64,000 nucleotides of DNA, from NCBI GenBank assembly GCA_038230375.1, contig JBBRNJ010000005.1, positions 32,001-96,000 on the forward strand, read 5' to 3'. Within the stretch, counting starts at the first letter, position 1; each line of letters begins with the position of its first letter. A program made the translations under genes and the position numbers. Of this stretch, positions 8,998 through 18,616 are shown one piece after another. A model generated the notes under the pieces. The model saw only the letters and a list, made by a program, of their open reading frames with translations. It did not search any database and was not told the origin of the DNA. The DNA is from Polyangiales bacterium. Lineage in GTDB: Bacteria > Myxococcota_A > Polyangia > Polyangiales > Polyangiaceae.

Positions 8998-10698
8998 GTG
9001 TCCATCTCCACCGCACCAGGTTCCATGCTTGCGGGCCGATACCGGCTCGAGCAGAAGATCGGTCAGGGAGGCATGGGCGCTGTCTTCGTTGCGACAGACC
9101 TCACGCTCCATCGCCGCGTTGCGGTGAAGCTCCTGCGTCCGGAGACCGGCACCGACGCCGACACGCTGTCGCGCTTCGCGGCGGAGGCGCGGGCGGTGGC
9201 CATGCTCGGCAACCCTCACATCGTTCCGCTCTTCGACTTCCACGGCGGCGAGACGCCATTTCTCGTGATGGAGCTCGTGGAGGGCGAGAGCGTGCGCGCG
9301 CTCCTCGATCGCGAGCGGACGGTCCCACCGGAGCGGGCAGCGTTCATTGCAAGGCAGGTGCTCTCCGCGCTGGCGGCGGCGCATGCCATGGGCACCATTC
9401 ATCGCGACGTGAAGCCATCCAACATGATGCTCGTGCGCGGAGCGGCCGTGCCTGACCTCACGAAGCTCCTTGATTTTGGCGTTGCGAAGATGGCGGAGGC
9501 AGTCACGCGCGGGCACCGCACCGCGGAGGGCATGCTGCTCGGCACGCCGCAGTACATGGCGCCGGAGCAGGCGCTGGGCATGCCGGTGGATGCGCGCTCG
9601 GACGTCTATGCGGTGGGCGTGAGCATGTTCGAGATGCTCGCCGGGTACAACCCGTTCGCCAACGGCGACCTGGGCGTGATGCTCAACGCCGTGCGAGAGG
9701 TCGTCCCCCCGTCGCTCGATGCCGTGAGGCCCGACGTGCCTGCGGACCTTGCGCGCGTGGTCGCACGCGCACTGGAGAAGCGACCGGAGATGCGCTTCCC
9801 CACGGCCGCGGCGATGGCGGACGCGCTGGGTTCGTTCGCCCGGATGTCGCTCCCGGCGCCCGCGCCCGCCACGCTCTCCGCGGCTGGCTACGCAGGCGGA
9901 CCGCCCTCGTTCGGCGGCGGACCCACGCTCGCGACGGCGCCGCCGTCATTCGGTGGTGGGCCACCGCTCGTGGCGGCACCTCCATCGCTCGCACACTCTC
10001 CGGTGTTCGTGGCCACAGCACCTCTGCACCGCAACAACGGCGTGGTGCTCGGCGTCATCATCGGTGTGACAGGCGTCCTCCTCCTGGTCGGAGGTGCCGT
10101 TGCCGTGGTGCTCGTGCGTCAGCCGTCCTCCGTTCCCGGGGCCGGGTCCGAAGGCCCCGCGTCGGCTCCTGGCGTGATCGTTGTGACCGGCGCTCCCGCA
10201 ACGACAACGACATCGGCGGCAACGGCAGCGGGTACTTCGCCACACGCCCGTGGCGTCGTGTCCGCCGCGCCCGGTGTCGCCGCTCCGCTGCCCCAGAGCT
10301 GGGGCCCCGGTCTGCGGAAGCCTGGCAAGTGCCTCTGCTTGCCCACGGGCAATGCACCGACAAGTGAGGCGCTCTGCACGGCAAAGAGCGCCGTGCCGAG
10401 ATGCAAGTGCGAGCGGAGCGACGGCGTCACCGTGTGTCCGGTTCGGCATGACGCCGCGGGGGAGTGCCCCGCTGGCTCGACTCATCCGGTGCCGGGAGGC
10501 GCGACCGGCGGCGCCTGCGGCGGCTTCGTGGGTGACAGCCTGAAGGGCAAGATGCTCAACACGCCGGGCGTCGGCCTGTACACCTGTTTGCTCTGCGGAG
10601 AGACGCAGACGTTCTCCGGGCCTACTGGTTCGCCGTGCTCCGGCTTCAACAACCACGACGGCGCCCACTACACCGGCATCATGGATTGCACGCCCTGA
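8998..10698 (+). CDS. Membrane-anchored Ser/Thr protein kinase with Cys-rich extracytoplasmic domain
   Basis: GQGGMGAV, VAVK, HRDVKPSN, DFG, GTPQYMAPEQ; TM GVVLGVIIGVTGVLLLVGGAVAVVLV; 12 Cys in the C-terminal region. Confidence 0.92.
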   Translation: MSISTAPGSMLAGRYRLEQKIGQGGMGAVFVATDLTLHRRVAVKLLRPETGTDADTLSRFAAEARAVAMLGNPHIVPLFDFHGGETPFLVMELVEGESVRALLDRERTVPPERAAFIARQVLSALAAAHAMGTIHRDVKPSNMMLVRGAAVPDLTKLLDFGVAKMAEAVTRGHRTAEGMLLGTPQYMAPEQALGMPVDARSDVYAVGVSMFEMLAGYNPFANGDLGVMLNAVREVVPPSLDAVRPDVPADLARVVARALEKRPEMRFPTAAAMADALGSFARMSLPAPAPATLSAAGYAGGPPSFGGGPTLATAPPSFGGGPPLVAAPPSLAHSPVFVATAPLHRNNGVVLGVIIGVTGVLLLVGGAVAVVLVRQPSSVPGAGSEGPASAPGVIVVTGAPATTTTSAATAAGTSPHARGVVSAAPGVAAPLPQSWGPGLRKPGKCLCLPTGNAPTSEALCTAKSAVPRCKCERSDGVTVCPVRHDAAGECPAGSTHPVPGGATGGACGGFVGDSLKGKMLNTPGVGLYTCLLCGETQTFSGPTGSPCSGFNNHDGAHYTGIMDCTP

Positions 10699-10738
10699 GA
10701 TCCGCTGCATCATCCCATGGTCCGCTACACTGGTGCGG

Positions 10739-11812
10739 ATGGGCGCCGAACGCATCCCGGACATGGTACGGGCGCTCGCGAAAGAGGAGCGCCGCGTGCA
10801 GCTCCTCCACGATGCCGGTGTCTACATCACGCCCGTGCTGCTGGGGACCGCGATCTTCGCCGCGCTGCCCTGGTTGCTCAGCCTCGCGCTCTCGCCTCTC
10901 GTCATCCACAACCTCTATTCCGTCGGCGAGTACGGAACGGGAAGCTTCGAGCAACGCCCGTTCACGGCCACGCTCATCGGTGCCGTCATCGGCTTCGTCG
11001 GCACCATCGCGTGGCGCTTCTATCAGCAAGGCCCCGTGGAGATCGTGCTCGATGAAGAGGGCATCACGGAGACGGAGTGGGGCACGGCGCGCCTCACGAT
11101 CCCCTGGAAAGACGCCCGCGCGTGGAGCAAGGAGCAGGAGGCGCGATCGAAGTACGGGCAGCGTTACGAGCTCGCATGGCTCCGCATCGCGGCGCCGTCT
11201 GGTGAGATGATCGCGTTCAACAACGTGGATCGCGGGCTCCTAGTGCCCACGCTTCCTCGCCGGATGGTCGCGCGCCAGAACCTGCAGAAGCTCGTCGCGA
11301 TCGCGCGCGAGCTCCCGTCGCTCGACGCGAAGGCCTCCGATCCTCGCGTGCGCGAGGTCATGGGCGGACTCGCCATCCGCATCTTCCGCCCGCTGGGCAT
11401 GTTCCTCATCTTCTGGTCGATCGGCGCGATGGCCGCCGAGCTTGGCGACTTCCAGTACCCCATGTCCGGCTCGCGAGCCTTCGCGCTGCCGTCCGCCGCG
11501 ATCGGAAGCGCGGTGTTGTTCGCTGGCTCGTTCCTCCAGTTCATCGTCCCGCTGCGCCGCTACCTGCGCCTGCGACGACGAGTGGCGGAGGAGAAGACGA
11601 AGGCCGCGCGCGTCCCCGTTGGCGGCTACCGCGAGGCCGAAGTGCGTGACGATGGGCCTCGCGACGAGACGCTCCGCTACGAACGAATCCGCGTCCTCAC
11701 GGCGTTCTTCGCCTACGGCTTTGCTGTCGTCGCACTGACGGCGCTGCCATGGCTGTGGCGCATCGAGCACACCGCCCAGTGCGAAGCGCAGCAGCGCAGC
11801 TGCTGGGAGTAG
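10739..11812 (+). CDS. Hypothetical multi-pass membrane protein with a bacterial-PH-like segment
   Basis: Several TM segments; EIVLDEEGITE...TIPWKD looks like a bPH domain. Start placed at ATG 10739, 7 nt after TACACT. Confidence 0.6.
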   Translation: MGAERIPDMVRALAKEERRVQLLHDAGVYITPVLLGTAIFAALPWLLSLALSPLVIHNLYSVGEYGTGSFEQRPFTATLIGAVIGFVGTIAWRFYQQGPVEIVLDEEGITETEWGTARLTIPWKDARAWSKEQEARSKYGQRYELAWLRIAAPSGEMIAFNNVDRGLLVPTLPRRMVARQNLQKLVAIARELPSLDAKASDPRVREVMGGLAIRIFRPLGMFLIFWSIGAMAAELGDFQYPMSGSRAFALPSAAIGSAVLFAGSFLQFIVPLRRYLRLRRRVAEEKTKAARVPVGGYREAEVRDDGPRDETLRYERIRVLTAFFAYGFAVVALTALPWLWRIEHTAQCEAQQRSCWE

Positions 11813-11818
11813 GGGAGG

Positions 11819-13090
11819 TCAGAACCTTCCCAGGAGGGCGTCTTGGGGACTGCTCGTGGAGCCATTGGTGGTGGGCCGCATGCCGGGTCTCGGTGCGGTC
11901 CTCCATTTGAGTGCGGTATACATGCATAATCCGCCTACCCCGAGCGCGGTCGCGACCAGCAGCGCGAGGCCGGTACCACGCAACCACCGAGGGATGGCCG
12001 TCTTCGACTCGAGCGCGCGTTGTGGCGCGGCTGATGGAGTCGCCGGAAGCTCGTGGAACGCCCGCAGCTCCGCAGGCCTCTGCCGGAGCGTGCCCCGGTA
12101 CCGATCGCTGACGATGGTGCTGGCGAATGGGCTCGACGCTGGAGGCGACGTGGCAACGGCGGTCTGCGTCCAGGACACCGCCAGCATGCCGCGAGGGGAC
12201 AGGCGCTCGAGCGCGCGCTCCGACGTTCTCGTCCCCAGCGGAGCCAACGCAGCCCCGAGCTCCGCCGCGCTCTGGAAACGCTCTTCGGGCCGCTTGCGCA
12301 TGCAGCGCCGGACGACCCTCTCGAGCTCGTCCGGCACGTCCGCGCGGTGCTGTCGCATCGGCCGCGGTTCGCTCTGGAGGATCGCCGAGTACAGCGCGCC
12401 GACGTTCGGTGCCTCGAATGGCAGGGCGCCCGTCGCCAGCTCGTAGGCGATGACTCCGAGCGACCAGATGTCGGCCCGTGCGTCGACATCCTTGGAATTG
12501 CGAATCTGTTCGGGCGAGACAAACGCGGGCGAACCGATGATGGCGCCCGTTCGCGTCAGCTGGCCGCCCATGGGTGATGCCCCGACAGCCTTCGAGATGC
12601 CGAAGTCCAGGACCTTCACGCGCGCGCTGCGGCCCGGCTTCTGCTCGAGGAACAGGTTCGCGGGCTTCAGGTCACGATGAACGATACCGAGTGCGTGGGC
12701 AGCAGCGACGCCTTCGAGCGCCTGGAGCAAGAGGTCCGCCACACGCCACGCAGGCATCGAGCGCTCTGCCGCGAGCAGCGTTTCGAGGTCCTGCCCCACG
12801 AGCAGCTCCATCACCATGAAGGGCGTGCCATCCCGGAAGCACCCGGTGTCCATCACGCGCGCCACGTGATCGCTCTCGATCCGCGCGGAGTTGCGCGCCT
12901 CGTTCATGAACCGCCGGATCGTCTCGAGGTCCCTGCCGATCTTCGGCTTGACCACCTTGAGGGCCACTGACTGAGCGAGGTGCTGGTGGAACGCCTCGTA
13001 CACGATGCCCATCCCGCCTTGTCCGAGCACGCGTTCGATGCGGTATTTGCCATCGACCACCTGGCCAGGTTCGAAACTTGGCTGGTGCAT
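11819..13090 (-). CDS. Ser/Thr protein kinase
   Basis: GQGGMGIV, VALK, HRDLKPANLF, DFGISK, GSPAFVSPEQ; C-terminal TM. Confidence 0.92.
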   Translation of the reverse strand: MHQPSFEPGQVVDGKYRIERVLGQGGMGIVYEAFHQHLAQSVALKVVKPKIGRDLETIRRFMNEARNSARIESDHVARVMDTGCFRDGTPFMVMELLVGQDLETLLAAERSMPAWRVADLLLQALEGVAAAHALGIVHRDLKPANLFLEQKPGRSARVKVLDFGISKAVGASPMGGQLTRTGAIIGSPAFVSPEQIRNSKDVDARADIWSLGVIAYELATGALPFEAPNVGALYSAILQSEPRPMRQHRADVPDELERVVRRCMRKRPEERFQSAAELGAALAPLGTRTSERALERLSPRGMLAVSWTQTAVATSPPASSPFASTIVSDRYRGTLRQRPAELRAFHELPATPSAAPQRALESKTAIPRWLRGTGLALLVATALGVGGLCMYTALKWRTAPRPGMRPTTNGSTSSPQDALLGRF

Positions 13091-13140
13091 GAGACAAGGC
13101 TACGTGTGCGTAGCTGCGCTCCAAAACCCCGATGCCGTTC

Positions 13141-13155
13141 ATCGGTGAACGCGAT
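13141..13155. promoter_or_regulatory. Putative LysR-type binding site (ATCG-N7-CGAT)
   Basis: ATCGGTGAACGCGAT dyad with T-N11-A core between the divergent kinase and LysR genes; CATCGGTGA recurs at 13166-13174. Confidence 0.5.
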
Positions 13156-13193
13156 GGCGCGAACTCATCGGTGAGCAATGCTAGAATCATCTC

Positions 13194-14084
13194 GTGAAGA
13201 CCGACCTGGAGCTCCGGCATCTTCGCGTGTTCTTGACCGTGGTCGAGACCGGCACACACACGCGCGCGGCGCGTGCGCTCGGACTCTCGCAATCGACCGT
13301 GTCGGAGACGATGTTCGCGCTGGAGCGGGCGCTCGGTACGCCGCTATTTCGTAAGAACCGAAAGGGCGCCACGCTCACGCCCGCTGGCGCTGCGCTCCTT
13401 CCGTACGCGAAGCGGATGCTCGCGCTCACGAACGAGCTCGTCGCGAGTCTTGCGCGCCTCACGACCGACATCAACGCGACGCTGACGGTCTCCGCGGTGG
13501 AGTCGATCAACACGTACGTGCTTCCCGCCCATCTTGCGGCGCTGCGCGAGCACTGGCCGAAGGCGCGCATCGACGTGCGCGTGGCGACCTGTCCCGAGAT
13601 CCGCGAGGACGTCGCCGCGGGCAAGAGCGACATCGGCCTGATCCTGGAGGAAGATCTCTCCGCGAGCGAGGGCGTCGAGCTGGCCCACGAGCGATTCGCC
13701 GTGTTCGGAGCGCCAGGTCATCCGCTCTCGCGCGGGCGCGCATCACCCGAGCAGCTACGTCGCTTCGACTTCTACATGAGCGACGCTGCCGGCAGCTATC
13801 ATCGCGCACTGCGACACTACTTCGACGCCGCGCAGGTCCCACTGCCCCGAACACAAGGCCTGGGAACGGTCGAAGGTGTGAAGCGTGGAATCATGGCAGG
13901 TGGTTCGGCGCTCGGGCTGTTGCCGGCATATGCCGTCGCGCAAGAGCTAGAGGACGGTCTGGTTGTCGAGGTGCGTCCAAATCCAGGGCTGCCGCGGCTC
14001 GTGATGCGCGCGATCGTGGCTGGCCCACACCCCCCGATGGTGGAGGCGCTGATCGAGACACTGAAGTGCGAGAGTCCGACCTAA
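13194..14084 (+). CDS. LysR family transcriptional regulator
   Basis: LRHLRVFLTVVETGTHTRAARALGLSQSTVS HTH plus substrate-binding domain. Confidence 0.92.
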   Translation: MKTDLELRHLRVFLTVVETGTHTRAARALGLSQSTVSETMFALERALGTPLFRKNRKGATLTPAGAALLPYAKRMLALTNELVASLARLTTDINATLTVSAVESINTYVLPAHLAALREHWPKARIDVRVATCPEIREDVAAGKSDIGLILEEDLSASEGVELAHERFAVFGAPGHPLSRGRASPEQLRRFDFYMSDAAGSYHRALRHYFDAAQVPLPRTQGLGTVEGVKRGIMAGGSALGLLPAYAVAQELEDGLVVEVRPNPGLPRLVMRAIVAGPHPPMVEALIETLKCESPT

Positions 14085-14178
14085 TTGGTCGTTCCTTGCA
14101 CAATTTGAGCACCTTCGATCTCCACGTGAGCATCGTCCCGCCCAAAGATTCGCGGCATTAGGCCCTCGCTGCCGCGGC

Positions 14179-15477
14179 ATGGGTGTTGCTGCCTTCGTGG
14201 GGGCGCTTCCGTTCCGGAAGTGTCCACCTTGGGAGGTCCTCGTGGCATCTGGCTTTCGTCTCGTCGTCGCAGCGCTGCGCTCTGGCACGATAGATCAACG
14301 CTTCGGCACGGAGCACATCGTGCTCGGCCTCCGAAGCGCTCGCGCGTCGGGAACGCTGGTGTTCGGAGATGCGGGCACGCCTCGCGCGGAGCTCAGGTTC
14401 GAGGACGGTCTGATTCGAAAGGCGCGCTCGACGCTCGCGGCGTACCTCGGCGGCGTGCTCTACGAGCTCGGTCGCATCGACCAGGCCACGCTCAACTCGT
14501 CGCTGGCGCACGTTGCGCGAGTCCGACAGCTTCACGGCTCCGTCTTGCGCGCGCTGCTCGCCGTGGACAAGGACGACATCGAGGCGGGATTGCGCGAGCA
14601 GATCGAACGGCGACTCGCAGACCTCGTATCGTTGCCGCTCGGCACACCCTGGAAATTCCACGAGAACGAAGATCGGCTCGAAGGATTCGGCGGGCATGAC
14701 TGGCCGCTTGTCGATCCGATCGGCGGACTTTGGCGAGGCCTTCGGGATGGTGCACGTGAGTCGCTCGTCCAGGCGACGACGGCTCGCGCGGGCGATCACC
14801 GGTTCGTTCTCTCGTCGGCATTCGCGCCGCACGAGCTGGGGTTCGACATCGCGGAGATCCAGCTGGCCCGTTCGTTCGTCACTCCACGTCGTCTCGTGGA
14901 GCCTGCTGATCGCCACACGTCGAAGACGGCGGCCAATCTTCGCCACCTGCTGGTCGTTGCTGGCGTGCTGGAGGTGGCCGACGCGGGGAGGCCCGTGCTG
15001 AACACTCTGCCCGGCGGCATGCCCCGGAACTTCGCGTCCGAACAGCAGGCGCTGGAGGCCGTCCGAGCGCTCCTCGCCGCCGGAAAACAGGCGAATGCTC
15101 GCGCGACCGCGCTCGTGAGCCTGTCGCGGTTCGAAGACTCCGTGCCGTTGCGCATCGAGCTTGCGTGGGTCGAGGCCAACGGCGACGGAAGCGATACCCC
15201 CGCTCACGTCGCGAAGCAGCTCGAACGGTTCGACCAGCTCGCCAAGGAGTATCCGGATTCGCCGGACGTCTACTACTACCGCGGGCTCTTGTTCAGGCGA
15301 CAAGGGATGGCGTCGTTCGCATGTCGCGATCTCCGGAAGACGCTTGATTGTGAGCCTCGACATCGGGCCGCGACACTCGACCTCCGGCTCTTCAACGCCC
15401 GCCGCGAACGTGGTGCTTCGGTCGAGGACGCGCTCGGGATTACCACCTTGAACACCGCAGGGAAGCGCGTGGGATGA
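14179..15477 (+). CDS. DUF4388-like domain protein with C-terminal TPR-like helices (start uncertain)
   Basis: SGTLVF...LRFEDGLI...LGGVLYELGRID motif typical of myxobacterial DUF4388 proteins; YYYRGLLF...ACRDLRKTLDCEPRH is TPR-like. Confidence 0.55.
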   Translation: MGVAAFVGALPFRKCPPWEVLVASGFRLVVAALRSGTIDQRFGTEHIVLGLRSARASGTLVFGDAGTPRAELRFEDGLIRKARSTLAAYLGGVLYELGRIDQATLNSSLAHVARVRQLHGSVLRALLAVDKDDIEAGLREQIERRLADLVSLPLGTPWKFHENEDRLEGFGGHDWPLVDPIGGLWRGLRDGARESLVQATTARAGDHRFVLSSAFAPHELGFDIAEIQLARSFVTPRRLVEPADRHTSKTAANLRHLLVVAGVLEVADAGRPVLNTLPGGMPRNFASEQQALEAVRALLAAGKQANARATALVSLSRFEDSVPLRIELAWVEANGDGSDTPAHVAKQLERFDQLAKEYPDSPDVYYYRGLLFRRQGMASFACRDLRKTLDCEPRHRAATLDLRLFNARRERGASVEDALGITTLNTAGKRVG

Positions 15478-15481
15478 CGCG

Positions 15482-16651
15482 TCACGGCTCGGTGCTGCCC
15501 CCGAGCCAGCGGCGATTGATGCGGCTCCCGAGCGCCATTCCCGGCTTCTCCACGATGCGGAAGCTCAGATACGCCAAGGCTGCGGTGACAACCCAGCCCA
15601 GGATGATCTGATCCTGTCGCTCGTTCGGCGCCCAGTCCTTCAGGTATCCGCCCGCCATGCGCGTGGCGATGAAGAAGCCAAGGGGGTGCAGCAGATACGT
15701 CGAGAACGAGATCTGCCCCGCCTTCATGAGGAGCCGCGACGAGAACGCCTTTGCCACGAAGCCGTCCTCGCGAGACAGGATCCCGAACAGCGCCACGCCG
15801 CCAACGAAGGTCGAGAGATACGGCCACGCCCACTCCTCGTTCACGGAGAGAATGCGTCTCGCATAGTAGGGGAGCGCCAGGAAGACGAAGGCGAGCGACA
15901 CGAGCGCGAGCACGTCGAACAACCTGCGGAGGCGCGCATCGCGGGCCGGGCCCTTCTCCGCCGCGGCCTCTGGGAGAAGCCCGCCTGCGCGAAGGTCCGT
16001 GTAGACGAACGCTGCGAGCGAGCCCGTGAGAAACTCCCACAGCCTTCGCGGCAGATGGATCCAGACCATCGAGCCGTTGGGAAGATACTTGTCACCGAAC
16101 ATCCGCGCGGACACGACTGCGATCGCGATGATGACGAGATAGAGCGCGGCGCGCGCCGCGACGGAGCGCTTTGCATGACGCGCCCTCTGGTGGAGCACGA
16201 CCAGGATCGGGATCACCAGGTAGTACTCGCACTCGATCGGGATCGCCCACAGGATCCAGTGCGCTTCGCTCAACGTGAGATTGCCGAAGAGCATGTCCGG
16301 CCGGAGCTCGTTCAGGTACGCGAGCGGCACCACGTACGTGGCGATCAGCACCACGTACAGGTACGCCGGATAGATGCGAAAGATGCGGCGCACGAAGTAG
16401 CGTCCCCACAGCTGCGCGGGCTCCCACTTCTTGTACTCACGCTGGCGAAGCGCGTCCCATTCGGCCGCCCCTCCCACGGTCAGAAGGAAGGCGCTCAGGA
16501 CGAAGAAGATGGTCACGCCGTAGCCTGCCATCGGATCGAACGTGGTCTCCATCCGGTACCCGAGCATGTGCATCGACAGGTGGCCGTAGACGACGCAGAT
16601 GGAAGCGAAGCCGCGGAGCCCATCCAGAAACGGCGCGCGGAATCGGGGCAT
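15482..16651 (-). CDS. Acyltransferase family 3 (OafA/YrhL-like) membrane O-acyltransferase
   Basis: LDGLRGFA, FFVLSAFL, RRIFRIYPAY, LWAIPIECEYY, GQISFSTYLLH, VEKP. Confidence 0.9.
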   Translation of the reverse strand: MPRFRAPFLDGLRGFASICVVYGHLSMHMLGYRMETTFDPMAGYGVTIFFVLSAFLLTVGGAAEWDALRQREYKKWEPAQLWGRYFVRRIFRIYPAYLYVVLIATYVVPLAYLNELRPDMLFGNLTLSEAHWILWAIPIECEYYLVIPILVVLHQRARHAKRSVAARAALYLVIIAIAVVSARMFGDKYLPNGSMVWIHLPRRLWEFLTGSLAAFVYTDLRAGGLLPEAAAEKGPARDARLRRLFDVLALVSLAFVFLALPYYARRILSVNEEWAWPYLSTFVGGVALFGILSREDGFVAKAFSSRLLMKAGQISFSTYLLHPLGFFIATRMAGGYLKDWAPNERQDQIILGWVVTAALAYLSFRIVEKPGMALGSRINRRWLGGSTEP

Positions 16652-16761
16652 CTCCGCGCACGGTAGGCGATTTTCGCTGAATTTTCATGTGCCGTTGACG
16701 ACGTTGCCCACCCGCCCTAAACAACCTTCAAATCTTTTTGAAACCTTTGGGAGCATCCCCA

Positions 16762-17493
16762 ATGCAGTCCGCACCCATCCCCGAACAGAAGCGCCGCGAC
16801 TCGCACGAGAAGGAGCACGGCGAGGCGGTGCGCGCCATGTTCGACCGCATCGCGCCGACCTACGACGCCTTGAACCGCGTCATGTCGCTCGGCGTGGACG
16901 TGCGGTGGCGAAAGCGCGCCGTCCGTGAGCTCGAGAGCGCGCCGCCCGGCCCCATCCTGGACCTGTGCGCGGGCACGCTCGATCTGTCGAAGCTCGTCAG
17001 CGAGCGCATGCCTGACCGCGAGCTCACCGCGGGGGATTTCTCCGCCGAGATGCTGGAGCTCGGCAGGAACAAGGCAAAACGCGCACGCCGCGTGGTGTGC
17101 GACGCGATGGACCTTCCCTTCCCGGACCAGTCGTTCGCCGGCATCATCGCGGGCTTCGGCATCCGCAACGTGAGCAACACCGAGCTCTGCGCGAAGGAAG
17201 CGCGCCGCGTCCTCAAGAACGGCGGGCTCTTCGTCACGCTGGAGTTCTTCAAGCCGGAGAGCCTGCGTGCAAGGGCGTTCCACGGCGTCTACGCCCGCGC
17301 CGTTCTGCCCACGGTCGGCGCGGCGATCAGCGGCGAGCGCTCCGCATACGCGTACCTGGCCGAGAGCATGCAGGGCTTCCTCACGCGCCACGCGTATGAG
17401 GACGTGCTGCGAAACGCCGGCTTCACCAACGTCCGCGGGTACGAGCTCTTGCTCGGTATCGCGTCCATCGTGATCGCAGAGGTGTCGCCATGA
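16762..17493 (+). CDS. menG: Demethylmenaquinone methyltransferase (UbiE/MenG)
   Basis: MFDRIAPTYDALNRVMSLGVDVRWRK, LDLCAGT, FGIRNV, AYAYLAES. Confidence 0.9.
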   Translation: MQSAPIPEQKRRDSHEKEHGEAVRAMFDRIAPTYDALNRVMSLGVDVRWRKRAVRELESAPPGPILDLCAGTLDLSKLVSERMPDRELTAGDFSAEMLELGRNKAKRARRVVCDAMDLPFPDQSFAGIIAGFGIRNVSNTELCAKEARRVLKNGGLFVTLEFFKPESLRARAFHGVYARAVLPTVGAAISGERSAYAYLAESMQGFLTRHAYEDVLRNAGFTNVRGYELLLGIASIVIAEVSP

Positions 17494-18065
17494 AGAAGAT
17501 CGTCGTCGGCATCACGGGCGCAAGCGGCGCTCCCTACGCGCGCACGCTGCTCTCGTTCCTTGCGGACCGCCAGAAGACCGTGGGCGACATCGAGGTGGGC
17601 GTCTGTTACTCGCAGACCGCACCGGAGGTGTGGCAGCTGGAGTGCGGCGGCGACCTCCGCGAGGAGATCACCTTTCCCACCTGGGGCATGCGCGACTTCA
17701 AGGCGCCGTTCGCGAGCGGCAGCGCGGGCTGGCATGCGATGGTGGTCATCCCGTGCTCCATGGGCACGTGTGGGCGCATTGCCCACGGAATCAGCGACAC
17801 CCTGCTCACGCGCGCGGCCGACGTCATGATCAAGGAGAAGCGCCCCCTGGTGCTGGTCCCGCGCGAGACGCCGCTCTCCGTCATCCACCTGGAGAACCTC
17901 ACCGCGCTTGCACGCGCAGGCGCGACCATCATGCCGGCCATGCCCTCTTTCTACGGCAAGCCCGCGACCATCGACGATCTCGTGCGCTCCGTCTGCGCGC
18001 GCGTCCTGGATCACCTGGGCGTGCCGCAGGCCATCTCCCACAAGTGGGGTGAAAACAAATCATGA
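17490..18065 (+). CDS. ubiX: Flavin prenyltransferase UbiX
   Basis: VGITGASGAPY, ASGS, PCSMGT, RAADVMIKEKRPLVLVPRETP, MPSFY. Confidence 0.92.
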   Translation: MKKIVVGITGASGAPYARTLLSFLADRQKTVGDIEVGVCYSQTAPEVWQLECGGDLREEITFPTWGMRDFKAPFASGSAGWHAMVVIPCSMGTCGRIAHGISDTLLTRAADVMIKEKRPLVLVPRETPLSVIHLENLTALARAGATIMPAMPSFYGKPATIDDLVRSVCARVLDHLGVPQAISHKWGENKS

Positions 18066-18616
18066 CGCTGCTGCAGGACACGCTCGAGAGGGAAGGTCTC
18101 TGGTCCGTGCGCGAGGCGCGTCGTCGTGGCGATCTCGTGGCCGTCACGGCCGCGATGCCCGCCTTGCGCGCCGCTGATCTGCTCGCGCTCGGCGCGCTCG
18201 CGGATGAGATTCGCACCGTTGACGTCGGCGCTGACGTCCGCTTCTGCACGCAGGCCTCCGCGGCCGAGCGCGCTGCGTATCGCGGCGTTTTCGTACCGCG
18301 CGCCGGCAAGACGGGGTTCGATTTTCTTCGCGAGGTCGCCATCGCGCGCATCACCGCGAAGCCGGCCGCATGCGTGCGCGTGGACTGGGATGACGCGGGA
18401 TTCGAGCTGTCGCAGGTGGCGCTCGGCTTCGGCGCGAACGAGATCTGGGGCGCGCTCGCGAACAAGCGCGGGCTGCCGATCCTGGACGAAGAAATGAAGA
18501 AGGTGAAGGGCGAGGGCATGGTGTCGCTCCAGGCGCTGAAGCGTCGCGAGCTGTCCAGGCTCCTCTCCCACGTGGGTCGCAACGTCGTGTTCGTGGAGAC
18601 GTCAGATGCAGACTGA
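18062..18616 (+). CDS. Truncated MqnE/MqnC-like protein lacking the radical-SAM core
   Basis: N-terminal DLLALGALADEIR and C-terminal LREVAIARI...W...QVALGFGANEIWG match the termini of neighbouring MqnE/MqnC. No CxxxCxxC. Overlaps both flanking genes. Confidence 0.65.
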   Translation: MTLLQDTLEREGLWSVREARRRGDLVAVTAAMPALRAADLLALGALADEIRTVDVGADVRFCTQASAAERAAYRGVFVPRAGKTGFDFLREVAIARITAKPAACVRVDWDDAGFELSQVALGFGANEIWGALANKRGLPILDEEMKKVKGEGMVSLQALKRRELSRLLSHVGRNVVFVETSDAD

